This document shows, piece after piece, positions 28,863 through 42,794 of a stretch of 64,000 nucleotides of DNA (position 1 is its first letter; each line of letters starts with the position of its first letter). Source of the DNA: Octopus vulgaris. Lineage: Eukaryota. The stretch is taken from NCBI GenBank assembly GCA_951406725.2, contig OX597815.1, positions 112,654,001 through 112,718,000 on the forward strand, read 5' to 3'. A program made the translations under genes and the position numbers. Below the pieces are notes generated by a model. The model was not told the origin of the DNA. It saw only the letters and a program-made list of their open reading frames with translations, and ran no database searches.

Positions 28863-30467
28863 CGTTAGATAATGTCTCTAGGTTATATGTACGCAAGTAA
28901 AAGACAGGATAGGCATGAATGTCTGTAGGCTATATGTACGCAGGTAAAAGACAGGATAGGTCTAAACAATCAGAGATGTGCAAGAGCTAAAATGCAATGA
29001 TGACTACAACCTTACCCTCACCCACTTTCTTCCTCATAAAAAAGAAAAACACTGACATTAAGATTACTTTCCAAAAAGCAATCAGATGCGAACTGCTGAA
29101 ACTTCGTAGTTCAACTGCCTATTGAGTCGTCCAGCTGTGAAGTAAAATATCATGTAAGAGATATAGATAAAAAAAATTTATATAGTGGCGTCCACTGTTG
29201 CGCAAGTCGATGTTTGATTGATGTTTGTACGTTACGTAAATACGGTGTATCTGGAGCATATCCTCGCCCAGTACTAAACAGATCATTACATTTATGATAT
29301 TGGAAACTTTGAAAATAACTTGTCTTCTAGCTTATCTCACTCTCAGGTCTGTTGCGTTTGTCGGCAATGTTCAACATTTTATCTATTTATCGATCTATAT
29401 ACCTAGCTATCTATTCATTTTTGTGGTTATCAGTCCAGTCATATTTCCATCGTTCCATCCACTCATCTCTTTATCACTCTATCTGGCTATCTAACTATCT
29501 ATCTATTTGTTTATCTCTCCATCCATTTATATCTTTATATATCATAGTCACACAGACGAACAAATAGACATAAAGAAAGACAAACTGTGAGATGGATTGA
29601 AGTATAAATAGACAAATATGTGCGCAAATAGACAAGCACATACATAGAACGTTATTTACATCAATAGATAGTCAGTCAGATGGAGAGAGAAAGACGTATT
29701 GATATTACAGATCGACATGCAGTCAAATATTTAAACTGATAGACCAAAAACTCAGTTTCACAAGCAGATAGACCAAAAGAGAAAAACACAAATGAATCTA
29801 TAGACATCTCGGCTGGTGGATATATTGAGAAATGTTTTTGTAGATAATAAATATTATATTTCTAAATCTTGCGTTATATAAATACCAAGGATTTCATGTG
29901 CATGCAAAAATCTACATAACCACACCCCTACCCATACACTTGTATTGATGAAATTACTTGAGACAATTTCAAAATGGTGATTTTATCATAGTATTACATA
30001 AGTCAAATCAATCAAATCATATTTTTAAAATCTCTCCCCCGCTCTCTCTCTCTCCCTCTCTCTCTCTTTCCCTCTCTCTTTCGTTCTCTTTCTTTCTCAT
30101 ACACACATGCACACATCCAAGCGACTAATAAGTTTAAATGATTTGAGCTTCAATTTTAAAGCGGTAACTTAACAACAGGTAATCCTAGTTAGGGCACCAG
30201 TCTATCTCAGAAAAGAATTGTCCAGTAAATTAGTAACTATTTTGGACGAATAAGAAGACCAATGGATTAAAGTGTACATCACAAGGACGCATCAAATCCC
30301 GATTTTGAGGGCAAAATTTTTAATGTAATTGTTAGGCCATTTTAAGTTGATAAATCTATCGACTTACGTCCCACAGACAATATTCAGTTGTTTTCTTTTT
30401 CAACTACAATGGTCTCTATCAAGAGAGATGTAGTCGTAATACTTTTTGGTATTAAGGAAAAGAGGAA

Positions 30468-30938
30468 AGGCAGCAGGCTAGTAGAATTGTTAGCACGCAA
30501 GGCAAAATACTTGGCGGCATTTCGTCCGGCTTTAAGTTCTGAGTTCATATTCCCCCACGGTCGACTTTGTCCTTCATCCTTTCGGGTTCGGTAAAATAAG
30601 TACCAGTTGAGCACTAGGGTCGATGTGATCAACTATCCCCTGCCCTAAAAGTGCTGGCCTTGCGCCAAAATTTGAAACCAATATTACAGGACAGGAGGAA
30701 TAGGAGTTGGAATATTTCGGCAAGCTGGCAGAATCGTCAGCACGCCGGACGAAATGCTTTGCGGCATTTCGTCCGTCTTTACGTTCTAAGTTCAAATTCT
30801 GCTGGGATCAACTTTGCCTTCCATCATTTTAGTGTCTATAAAATTAAAATAAGTAGCAATCGAACATTGGGTCGTTTTAATCGACTTACCCCCTACCCCA
30901 AACCTGCTGGCCTTGTGCCAGAATTTGAAACCGATATT
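30468..30938 (+). mobile_element. Two head-to-tail SINE family C copies
   Basis: GGCATTTCGTCCG..GTTCT.AGTTCA...GCTGGCCTTG.GCCA.AATTTGAAACC occurs twice (~30468-30685 and ~30718-30938). Confidence 0.8.
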
Positions 30939-32289
30939 AAGGGACAAGGCGAATATTTCTTCTTTTCAAAAGGGCACGACGAAAATGAGTGGTGTGAAAT
31001 GAGTCTACTGAAATCTAAAATTAAATAAGAAACTATCGTTCGAGGAATGTCACAATATGATGCTTGGGTGCGCGCGTTCGATAGCGCTCTGGGTGTGTAT
31101 CTACGTGTCCTCGAGTTACTGATTAAATGTGTGCACCTGTAGAAACTGTTTCGTGTTTTTGTATTTAAATGGAGTACATATTTTCCAAATACCTTAGAAA
31201 TGCATAAATCAAACATTGCCGGAAGCCTTAAGGCTACAATTCCCTAATACAGGCTCCTAACAATTACATGTCAAAAAAACAAAGGAATAAAGCAAGCTAC
31301 AATTATATTCGCGCTTAAAGCTGAATTCACACGCTTACACATACAGACGCGTACATGTACAGATACCTCCGTAGGCAAGCGTACATTTAATATAAACGTG
31401 TAACATATATCATACAAGTATGCGTGTAATTATATATATATATGCCCCCCCCCCCAAAATATATATATATATATACATCTCTCTCTCTATATCTATATAT
31501 ATATATATATATATAAAGAGAGAGAGAGAGAGAGAGAGAGATGTATATATATATATATATATATATATAATTGGTGGGGGCATATGTATATTCATTTTTT
31601 GTATATGCGTGTGTGTGTATGCGTATATAAACATGTGCGGGTATATACATATATGGGCGTGTGTGTGTATGAGTGCATAAGGGCATGTCCGTATATGAAC
31701 GTGGTTTTTATGCTTTGTATACTTCCTTATGTTTTTTTCTGTTACCTTTAACCATAGATTTTCTTGTGCTTGTGCATATATAGACGTATGTATGAACTTT
31801 TACGGTACGCGTGTGTGTCTGTATGAGCTTGTATATATATATATATATGCGTATATATATATATATGCGTATATATTTGGCGAAAAATGCGAGTGAAGAT
31901 GTGTACGTTTTCATAGTGACGTATAAGTACGCACGTGGGTTCGCGAGCACACATGTGAGCGTATGACTAGCCGTGTTTACTATGAACTTTCAATCTTAAT
32001 TTATATATATAGCAGAATTATAACACAGTAACTTCCCTTTATATAACGGTATTTTTTCGTAGCGTTTTTCAGATTGCCAGATAACCGAAGAGATGGTGTT
32101 GTGGATTTCCACTTCGGCATCTGAAACTCAGAGTTTTATCTTGACTATTGAGTAATTGTAACATATTATTTTATAGATAAATTTCCTCTATTTACATAAT
32201 ATTGAGGTCTCTTTCTTTCTTTTGTTATATTACCGTTTTTACTAATATATATATTTATACATATACACATGTAGAAGTATGTATATATG

Positions 32290-32328
<39 letters not shown>

Positions 32329-32361
32329 GATTATATATGCATACATACACACACATATGTA

Positions 32362-32415
<54 letters not shown>

Positions 32416-33574
32416 GCCTAAAAAAATATTCTTCGAGATTAATACTATTTTATGGTTGTTGTAAAAGAATTGCATATTCTTACCAGCACTAGGATATTTA
32501 ACCTTTAAAATGGTTATGCAAGCACCAGAAATATAAAAGCTGAAAAATATGCAAATATATAACCCCTTGACAATCATATATGCATACGGTTTTTTTCTTT
32601 CTGGTTGCTTTTTAACTTTCAAATACATATATATTCTGAATTTCTAACCATTGAATTTAAATGTAGTTGTATGCATTACATTCATATGAAATATATACAA
32701 TTGTCGAAAATAGATAGAATGGAAACGGGAATTAATCGATCGTGTCTTTACGTAACGATACAAAAGCGGATTGCATATAAAGAATATTGGATTAAGTGAC
32801 GTATACGAAGATGGTTATCTATTAGTAAAATTAATGGAGGTTATAATATTTCAGTCCTCTATGCTCGATGACAATAAAATGGTATCAGTTCAGTATGTCC
32901 TTTGTTTAGATAAAAGGCTTTAATAATATTCTGTGCCAGAATGCTGGCATTTGTATGCTGTTTTTGTTATTTATTTTTAGGTTGTTTTATTGGTATAGTT
33001 TGGCATGTGATATTTTCCAAATTATATTATGCAGAATATCAATTTTTTTTTTTTTTGCACATCAAAGATAGTAGCGGTTTTTCTTTTTCTGTTATGAGTG
33101 GGTTTGATCAGTAAATCGATTTTCAAGTGAACTGGCAGTTAATCCTACACATGAAAAAAGGTGGTGAGTTTAAAGATCGGTACTAATTGCTGCACAGTAT
33201 AACAACTCCCATTTAATCGTTTTCCATGTAATAAGCCTATATTTCTAGTAATGTAATTGCAATTAACTGTATTTTGTGTAACCTGTTTTAGATTTAGTGT
33301 TACTTGAATGGACATAGCAGATATGAAAGGAAATGTTACGATTAACGGCGCTATAGTGTAAATAGTACCAGGAGGTTGCTCACTTCTGCAGTCAACAAAT
33401 AGTTCAGTATTTTTCTTTTGTATCCAGTGACTTTTACAAAAGAGAATGGATCATCTACCTTGAAATGTAATTTCAATATCAGATGCTTTGAAGATGCGCT
33501 GACAGCTTTGGAAAAAGTGTCATTAAACTGCAAGTTATATACCCAAAATCTATGGAAGAACAATATCAGACATT

Positions 33575-33790
33575 CTTTCTACTCAAGGCAAAAGGCCCTA
33601 AATTTTGGAGGCAGGAGGCCAGTCGATTATATCGACCCCAGTACGCAACTAGTACTTAATTTATCGACCCTGAAAGGATGAAGTGCAAAGTCGACCTCGG
33701 CTGAATTTGAACTCAGAACACAAAGACAGGCGAAATACCACTAAGCATTTCGCAAGGCGTGCTAACGATTCTGCCAGCTCGCTCCCTTAA
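33575..33790 (-). mobile_element. SINE family C
   Basis: Reverse complement of the 13078 head and body. Confidence 0.85.
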
Positions 33791-34700
33791 TACTATCGGA
33801 CATTGAAATAGCAATATCCTCAGAATTCTTGTAAGGATTAGTTATAGACTGACTTTCTATTTTAGTGCCTGTTTTGAAAGATTTAAGTATCACAGAGCTA
33901 GGCAGCTGGACTATTTTCAATGTGATATTTTAAAGTAATAAAATATTTCGTGTGGGATTAAGATGCCAATCCTTTCTCTATACTGAAGATTCTAGCTATT
34001 TTGGGGGGTTTTCTTTCTGTTTTGTTTCTTTCGGATGTTTTGTGAAGGTATTAATCATATAATGTAGCGATGTAGGAACGTATTTTGTGTATGTGTGTGA
34101 TTGAATTTTATATAAACCAGCAATTTCATTAATTTGTGAGGTCTCTTGAGATTTTACAAATTTATTGTCAGCATTCTTTATATTTAGTTAAGACGAGTTT
34201 TCGGGTTTATGTATGTATGTATGTATGTATGTATTATGTACGCACGTATGGTGACACCAATGCTTCAGGTTCAGTTGAAAAATCAATATAAACCACGATG
34301 AAGAGCTTTTCTTCTTTATTTGCATTGATTTGTAAATTAACAATAACACAGTAGAATACGTAGCATACATATTAGAGCAAAAACATTTCGGTTACACAGA
34401 AAATATTGTTGCATGATAAAAAATTCGAAACGGCCGTAATTCTAAAGATACCAAGTAGTAAAATAAATGTATTCACCCGACATACATCGTGACATCCTAT
34501 GACGTATATACCCCTCATGAAAAAATCGTTTGGATCGTTTGAATCTCCTAGATTTCAGCTGCATGGAACTCTGCATTCTACGCCTCCATACTGTAATACT
34601 ATGTACCACGATAGCTGGGTCTACTACCGAACCTTTCTGTGATTGATACAGAATTCTATGAATCCATATATTACACTAAAACAAAATACATGCATACATG

Positions 34701-34749
<49 letters not shown>

Positions 34750-34754
<5 letters not shown>

Positions 34755-35195
34755 GTTTTCCAGAAAGTTCGTGCCGAATTTTAAAGAAAAGAAAACGGTC
34801 AATAAATAATTGCCATTACATTTTTAATCAACCAAATATGAAGCATTTTGTTGCACAAAGCGTCTCCATCTTTCTTTTAACTTGAAAATACCCTCTTCCC
34901 AGAACTGAGGTGGTTTCATGGCAAAGAAATCATCAAGGTATCTTTTTACGCCATCCAAGGAATTGTAATTTTTACCATTAAGACTATTCTGCAGAGACCT
35001 AAATAAGTGAAAATCCGAAGGAGCAATATCTCGTGAATATGGAGGGTAGGGTAATACATCCCAGCCGAGCTGCAGTGATTTTTGTCTGGTTCCCAAAGCA
35101 TCAAGTGCCGAAAATGAATTTTTTTATCTTCCATTTTAAAGGGTTACAGAATTAACACAGGTTATAGGGACATAAAGAAGAAAACATTATTTTTC
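34750..35195 (-). mobile_element. Internally deleted mariner (DD34D-type) transposon
   Basis: TIR-like TTGGGTTTTCCAGAAAGTTCGTGCCG next to TA; N-terminal MEDKKIHFRHLMLWE joined directly to C-terminal LGWDVLPYPPYSRDIAPSDFHLFRSLQN (YSPDLAPSD motif). Confidence 0.85.
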
Positions 35196-35196
35196 A

Positions 35197-35495
35197 TATT
35201 ATTTACAAATATTGACGGATATTTGTCCTCATCTTGTTTGTTGTTAACACAACGTTTCGGCTGATAAACCCTCCAGCCTTCATCAGGTGTCTTGGGGAAA
35301 TTTCGAACCTGGGTTCTAATGCCTAAGGTATTTTTCGATATTGCTTTTACTATCATTATATTCAGGTATTATTACCATTATATTCAGGTGTTTTTCGATG
35401 TTGCTATTATCATCATTATATTCATGTCACTGCCTGGAATCGAATTCGGAATCTTGGGGTTAGTAGCCGCGCTCTTAACCACTACGCCATATGCC
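35197..35495 (-). mobile_element. tRNA-headed SINE-like element carrying a hammerhead ribozyme
   Basis: Minus strand: GGCATATGGCGTAGTGGTTAAGAGCGCGGCTACTAACCCCAAGATTCCGAATTCGATTCCAGG (A box, near-B box), AT-rich duplicated spacer, then hammerhead. Confidence 0.75.
35246..35291 (-). ncRNA. Minimal type I hammerhead ribozyme
   Basis: GACAC-CUGAUGA-A-GGCUG(GAGGGUUUAU)CAGCC-GAAA-C-GUU^GUGUU: stem I GACAC/GUGUU, stem II GGCUG/CAGCC, palindromic AACGUU stem III. Confidence 0.8.
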
Positions 35496-35900
35496 ATTGT
35501 ATTTTGGGGTGAGGTTCCATACAATGGATATAGATAGATAAAAATATAGGTAGGGAGATAGGCTGATAGATAGATACATACATACATACATACATACATA
35601 CATACATACATACATGCACAGTCAGACAGACAGGTAGAGAGGGTGAGAGAGAAGGGGGATCCCCCTTCCTATTCCTCATCCATTTATTTATTTAGTCAAT
35701 TACCATTGTATTGGAATAGGTTTAAGGATAGTGATCTCTTCAAAACGACAAAAAAGTATCAGGTGTGGTGTGGTCATCAAAGTCGTTTTGCTTTCTTTCT
35801 CTCTTATCCTTTTTTCTCCCTCCTCTTTGTCCCTTTTCCTCTTTTCTCTTTCTTTTTTCCACTTTCCTTCTTTTTTCTCCTTTCATTCCTTTTCTCTTCT

Positions 35901-35975
35901 TTGAGTTATATTTAGAATACAAAATGTACTGTCTCCTTTGGAGAGAATTTTTTGATGAAATGTAGTTCTGCATTA
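35901..35975 (-). mobile_element. Inverted copy of the 3' end of the adjacent Penelope-like element
   Basis: Reverse complement of ~36450-36545 with an internal deletion. Confidence 0.7.
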
Positions 35976-36054
35976 AAAAACATTTGTATAATATTTACAA
36001 ATTAATTTTTTTAATAAATAAATAAAATAAAATTAAATACATCTATATGTATAT

Positions 36055-36101
<47 letters not shown>

Positions 36102-36102
36102 C

Positions 36103-36545
36103 GCAAAGATTGTGGAGCGAGGAGATGTGGCATACGCAGCAACAACAACTTCAAATTCTTAGAAAGTCGTTCCCACATAAAATTCAAGAGAGGATCCCTT
36201 TTCAACATAAATGCAGATCTGAACTGCAAAATTCAAAATACTGCATTACCTGCCCAAGCTGCAAAGAAAATTACATTGGCGAAACAAATAACTCACTCTG
36301 CCAACGGCCAAGAATCCACAGGCAACATATCCGACAAGAAGAATTACGCAAGATTCCATTAAGTAAGCATCTGCAAATAAACAGCGACGGAAAATTCCAA
36401 TTTTTTTCCTCTTACAAATGTGCATGGGACAATCCGCAATACCGAAAAGCAATGGAACTGCATTTCATCAAAAAATTCTTTCCAAAATTATACGTTTAAA
36501 AGAAAAGCGGAGACAGTATATTTTGTATTCTCAATATGACTCAAA
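36103..36545 (+). pseudogene. Penelope-like element GIY-YIG endonuclease (Neptune-like Cys linker)
   Basis: KDCGARRCGI...FNINADLNCKIQN, frameshift, then YCITCPSCKENYIGET..L.QR..IHRQHI...LSKHL...RKAMELHFIKKF. Confidence 0.85.
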
Positions 36546-36986
36546 TACCGGAAACATAATGCTTGTCTGTAAGTATTCAGGTGTATATGTATCGCATTGA
36601 AATGTTCTGAGTTTTGCGCATTTTCTAATTTGTAAGTGTTATACTAATGTTCTGTAATGCAAAAACATGAAATTGAAAGACGCGTGAATTCTTCCTATAT
36701 ATATATATAGCTACCCGATGACTGATTGCGCCGTGTGCTTGGGCAATATACATTACTTCATTATGTCGTTCCAGCATATTCAGCTGCAGGAAGACACACC
36801 CGAAGGCTAGGTTAGCCCCCTTTTGTCTCACAGATTTTGAATGTTCCGTATGGTCAAGAGTATTGGTATCAAGAAGTGTCTATGTCTGCTCGCGGTTGCA
36901 TAGGTACATAGAACCGTATAACAACGAAGTGTGGGGCTTGCTTCCAGATCAGCCTCGATTCCGAGTGGCTGCCATAGTAAATATGT

Positions 36987-37024
<38 letters not shown>

Positions 37025-37689
37025 GTATTACACATATATACATATATAAATGTATGAGCTATGGACAGAGGTGAGGGAAGAAAGTGATCTTCAAGCAATT
37101 CGTAGAGAATATTAAAAAATAGCGTGTATATAAATATAAACAAATGTTAAATTATATATATATATATATATGCTCGTGGTCGTACATTTAGCTTTCAAGG
37201 AGTCTATAAAGTGGATTGACTTGTCAGCGAGCAGTTTGGCATAATGGTAAAATACTTGGCCGGTGTCTTCAAGAGATATGAGTTCGATTGTTGATAAATT
37301 TTTCCGCTTTGAAAGGGTAATCTACCCAATATTTCTCCTGTTCTAATTGTGTCTCTGTGTTTGAAAATAGATAATAATTTTATTTGTATCTGTATGAAAA
37401 AAACAGCTTCCAGGAACAATAGCGGTTTACTGGTGCGGAATGTTGTGAATTTTCTAGTATCGAAATACGATAAGCTGAATTGCTTTTTTTTTTATATTTC
37501 ACGGTTGGTAGCCAGGGTTATGTATACATATATATATATATCTTTTATCTTTTACTTGTGACAGTCATTGAACAGTGGGCATTCTGAGTATTTTAAGACA
37601 TGAAAGATATCGACTAGATTATGGGTGAGGGGTAATGATAATAGTTTACCCAGAATATCATCCCTTAGCTTCGAGACAGCTCGAGTATC

Positions 37690-38660
37690 TGGTGCTTGCG
37701 TTCTTCACTGTGTTTCTAGAAATATCTCCAAAGACAACGTTGATCTTGACTACCAGATCGGCATTTTTCTCGCAAGTAGAACGTTGGACAGATTTCTAAA
37801 CTGCGTCTCATTCATGGGCTTAAAGTTGGGGAAATTAGGAGGCCAGGAATTAGGGCTGGTGAAGTAGAAATTCTTTGACAACCACTTTCCAGTGATATAG
37901 CAAGAAGCTGAGGTAAATTTTGATCCTTTCACCCGTACGATTTTCACTAAGAAAAAAATCAGATTTTTGCGTGGAATCAAGTACCATGATCTCCTAATAT
38001 GCAGCAAACTCCTTATTTTTGTTGGGAAAAAGGGGTTCCGGTTTCCTCACCCCCTTTCCGAACAAAAATAAAGGTTTTCCAGCATATTAGAAGGTCAGGG
38101 TACTTGACTCCACGCAAAAAACCCGAGTTTTTTTTTCCTTAGTGAAAATTGTGCGGGTGAAAGAATCAAATAATACCAAAGCTGAATCCTGCTGCCACTC
38201 ATAGGGAATTCCTGCAGCACCCTCTCCAACCAGAGATTGACCACAGTCTCCAGCAACTTCACACCGCCCCCTCAATTAATCCTAAAATCCTATTCAGAAT
38301 GTGGGGACGATTTCCATTATGAGCCCATCGTCAGGACGCTTTTTGTGTGCTTTCCTAATGCCATGTCTTCGTGTTTGAGGCTGTCGACGTCACGTATTGC
38401 AACATTTACATTGTTCTTAGAGCATTGAGCAGCAATCATGACGCTACATTTTTGATAGCCGGCTCGAACCATTATGATATAGATAAATCTGCTCCAATAT
38501 TCAGATGGCTTCCAGTGCACTATGTCAGCTAATTTTTACTCGCCTACAATTTTAATATTTATACTCGCTAACATTGTTGAGTGCTCAGCAAGTCATTCTG
38601 CTGTTCCTGAAAAAAAAAAAGAAACATAAAAATTCGTTTGATTGGACCGAACACCTTGTA
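37690..38660 (-). pseudogene. Tc1/mariner-superfamily (DD37D-like) transposase relic
   Basis: YEWQQDSA and SWPPNFPNFKPM (QQDSAP and WPPNSPDLNP motifs) in broken frames; TIR-like TACAAGGTGTTCGGTCC at ~38645-38660. Confidence 0.6.
37917..38170. mobile_element. MITE with ~65-bp imperfect TIRs nested in the transposase relic
   Basis: CTTTCACCCGTACGATTTTCACTAAG...GCGTGGAATCAAGTACC versus GGTACTTGACTCCACGC...CTTAGTGAAAATTGTGCGGGTGAAAG. Confidence 0.75.
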
Positions 38661-41494
38661 TAGGTAGATATGCATATCAGCCTTAACTTTTTCATATACT
38701 AGAATTATTTCACGGAGAGAGTTGGTTTCTAATTAAAAAACAAAGGGTCAAAAGGTCCATCATAGAATTCGGGCAACAACAATGATAATTGCATGACAGT
38801 TATGCATATCTTTTCTGTTTCATGAACGGACCCTGTCGGTTAAGTTCGTGTTAGGCGGTCTTTTTCTTTGCTTGTTTCAGATTCACATTTTTACCTTGAC
38901 TAACAAAACCCAGGGTACCTATGATTATTAAAATAAATGTATAGTCAGGGGAAAGGAGCTGCAAGATTCGATGTAGTTGTCCATAGATATTCAATTATGT
39001 ATGTATGTATGTATGTATATATGTATGTATGCATGTATCAGGAATTACTAGAAGTTTAAATTCTAAACGTTTTTCTCCACCTTTCTCTCATATCTTCTTT
39101 TCTCTCCCTCTCTCTCTCTCTCTGTATCTCTCCTTCCCCTCTCTCTGTCTCTCTCTCACTCTCCTTCTCTCTCCCTCTCTCTCTCTCCATCTCTCCTTCT
39201 CCTTCCCTCTCTCTCTCGCGCTCTCTCTCTCTCTCACTTCCTCATAATAAAATCCAGTTTGCTGAGCAACAATTCTTTCGTGTCTATTCACTCAATTTCT
39301 TTCATTCCTTTAGATAAGATCCATTTCAGATACACCCCATCGGGTGATATTAGATATCATTCAGGTTTCTATTCTGTCACGCGCACATTTAATAAAATAT
39401 TGATTGCGGCAATTCATATACATTGCCCAGGAAACTGAAATTGCCTCTTTATACGATATAGAATGTATTGAGTTTTGTTTGACTTTGTTCTCTCATGTGG
39501 AGTTAGTTTATTATGTTATGTTTGTAGGAATAGGAATGTTCGTTAATACATTTATTATTTTGTATTATATTTCTATATTCCTGTATTTGTATGTTTTCTT
39601 AGTGGCGGTTGTGTTGTATATGTCTTTATAGTAATTACATTATTTTTGTGAGATTTTTCTTATACCATTTCAATATTTTTTTTAATTCTTGGAACGAAGT
39701 TTTAGAAACTATCTTATATCATTTTTTTTAAATCTAATTTTATCAAGTTCATTCCCTCAATAGTACTCAAAATCTTTCTCTACCATTTTATTTACTCAAA
39801 ATATCTGTCTTTCTTGTTTTCACTTTCACTGATCCTAACTAGATAACTAGATAATTATATAGAGAGACAGATATACACATACTCCTACACACACATAGAA
39901 ACGAACTCACACACAAATATACATAAGTATATACTTGTGTGTGTGTATTTGTGTGTGTGTGTGTGTGTGTGTGCACGCGCGCATACACACATTACATTTC
40001 GCATTTATTGACTTATTTATTTGGTTGAGTAACCCAATATAACTGAAGTTTGAAGCATTAACCAGCCCAATATCTGTAGAAGTTTAACTCTATATTATTG
40101 GGTTCTTTCATCGGTAAATCCTTGTTTTTTCTGAGCTTTTAATTTAACATTGCTAAAATTAAAACTCTTATACATGTACATATATATATGTTTGCATCTA
40201 TGTATGTATGTATGTATGTATGTATGTATGTATTATGTATGTATGTATACATGTATGTATGTATGTATTTATGTATGTATGTATGTATGTATATGTGTAT
40301 ATACATATATACATATATATCTATATCGATATATGCATATACATATATGTGTGTATGTGCGTGTTTGTGTGTGTGTGTGTGCGGTTTTCACGCTTTTCTC
40401 TCTCTCAGTCTTACACTTTCTCTCACTTCCCCCATTACTCTAAACACCATATTCTCTTATTCTTCCTATATCGTTCTTTTCTCTCATCGTTTATGCATCT
40501 GTCTCCCATTCTCTCTCTCTCCCTCTTTCGCTCTCCTTTCTCTCTCTATGTATGTATTTCTCACTGTGTATATCAGTCTATCTTTACTTCCTCATTCATA
40601 TACAAGCTGCACGTATCTAATCTCATAGGTAGTATTTAAGCATACAAATTGGGATAACTCTCAAGAGAGACAAGAAAATGCGGTCTGTTTTGCTGAATCT
40701 AACTTTCTATTAATGGAACATATTTGTAGTCTAGATGAACATAAGAAGATCTGATATTATTTAGGTGAGAGCTGCTGGGAAGAGAATAATAATGTGTATG
40801 TCTTGTCTTACAAATTTTGCTGAAACGATTGTCATCTAGCAGACACAGCGTCTTTACCGAGATCTAAAACAAACTGTAGCATATGAGAGACTCGAAAACA
40901 TAGAATATAATTCAACGTGGTGCTCTAGCATGATCACAGCCGCATGGCTAAAACTAGTAAAAGTGTAAAAGACGAAATGTAAAAGATCCATCATGGAAAT
41001 CTCTGCAAATCCCTGGGCCTGCTTGAAAGTGCAGATAAAATTTCTCATCAAATCACGGTCTTTAAATAATTGATAGATTGGTCAGGGTTGACATGTTTTG
41101 ATTAAAATTTCTAAGTCAGAACTGTCCTTAGTCTAAACAACCAGTCTAAAAATGGCTCAGGATGACTTTAAATTGTCAACGTTTCCAGAAAATGGCGCAC
41201 AGGATCAACAACCTAATAAAAGTTTCTTCTATTTAGCTAAGAATGAAAAACTTTCTAATACAAATTAAATCTATTTTCAGAATAATTTATATTCTAGTTC
41301 TTATAAAGGTGTGTGATTGTTAATGATGAAACACATATTATCATAAACTTTTTAACACCTTCAGTTATTCAGAAAGTTGATATTTATACATCTGTGTTTG
41401 TATTTGTGTGTTTGGTTTCCTTTGGTAGGGTTACATTTAAAATACACTTCAACAGAGATGCACACACACAGAGACACGAACACAAACGCACACA

Positions 41495-41537
<43 letters not shown>

Positions 41538-42794
41538 GTGTGCGTACACACACACAAACAAAATGTTGACGTCATATTGCATGAAACCCAAGATAAATAA
41601 ATATTTATCAAGTATTATGAAATACGCTCAATATTATCTTTATTTGCCATTTGAAAGTTACAATATATAAATATTGCTTCAGACCACACACCAAACGTCA
41701 CAAATATTTTACTGAAAACTGCTGCTTTGTGCTTATTTCATTTAATTTATGTTCTTTCAACAAAGCGGCCGTTGATGATGATTCACAAAAACGCAAAGGT
41801 ATTAAGAATTATATGAATTATATAAAAATATTAATATTAATTCTCATAGAGAGAAAAGCGGAAGAGGTTGAGATTACTGTTTTCTTCCATCTGAATGTGA
41901 GAACAATTATCCCTAAATACTTCTATAATATATTATGTAAATATTTTCCGAAAAATCATAAATACTATAAGATTTATAACAGGAATAATGTGATAGTTTT
42001 ATTTTAATACGTCCGTTGTACTGAATATTAGTAATAAAATTCTCAAACAGCTGCTAACACCCAGTTCTTCCCTTTTGTGTAGATGTCATTTGAATAATTT
42101 ATGTTTTACGAAAAGGATAGTTTGCTGGTCGCTTGCTAGTTGAAAGTTATTTTCTAGTGGTTTTATGTATTATAGTCACGGGCTCAGATCTGTCGCGAGT
42201 TCAGTAATATTAAAATGATAATAGTACAAATAGTCGATTCACATTAATGTTTTTATATTTAAAACACTCAAATGTTTATACATATAACACTATAACAATC
42301 TGTCATGTCATGTCGCTCTGAGAAACAAACAAAAGTGCAAAATGCGAAGCCATAATATTCGTTACTGACGACAAGGATCACTTAACGTTGACGCTCAGTA
42401 TTGTCATAACGTATATGGCTCGCTTAAAACGTCATGACAATCTATTACATTAGACATTATAGGTTTGTATGTAATTGTATCTAAATTTTCATTGTCTTTT
42501 CTTGTCTTCTCTATATTTTGATCACAAAACTAAATATCGATTTTAATACTTTTCAACAACCCAGTACTTATGAATTCAGCATGATGTGTGTGTGCGTGTG
42601 TGTGTTTGTGTGAGCGCGCGTGTATGCGTGTGTGCATGTGTGTATCTACATATACATTTGTTTACAAAGTACGTATACTTTTACATACATACATAAATAT
42701 TTATATGTGCATGTATATATATTTCAAAATGTAACCTCATGTGAATCGTTGCGATTTTCTTTTCCCCCGTCTTCCTTTTCCATTGTACTTTTCT

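Noticed and set aside
28872-28962. 47-bp direct duplication next to the hAT MITE
   Set aside because: Simple local tandem duplication with no further structure.
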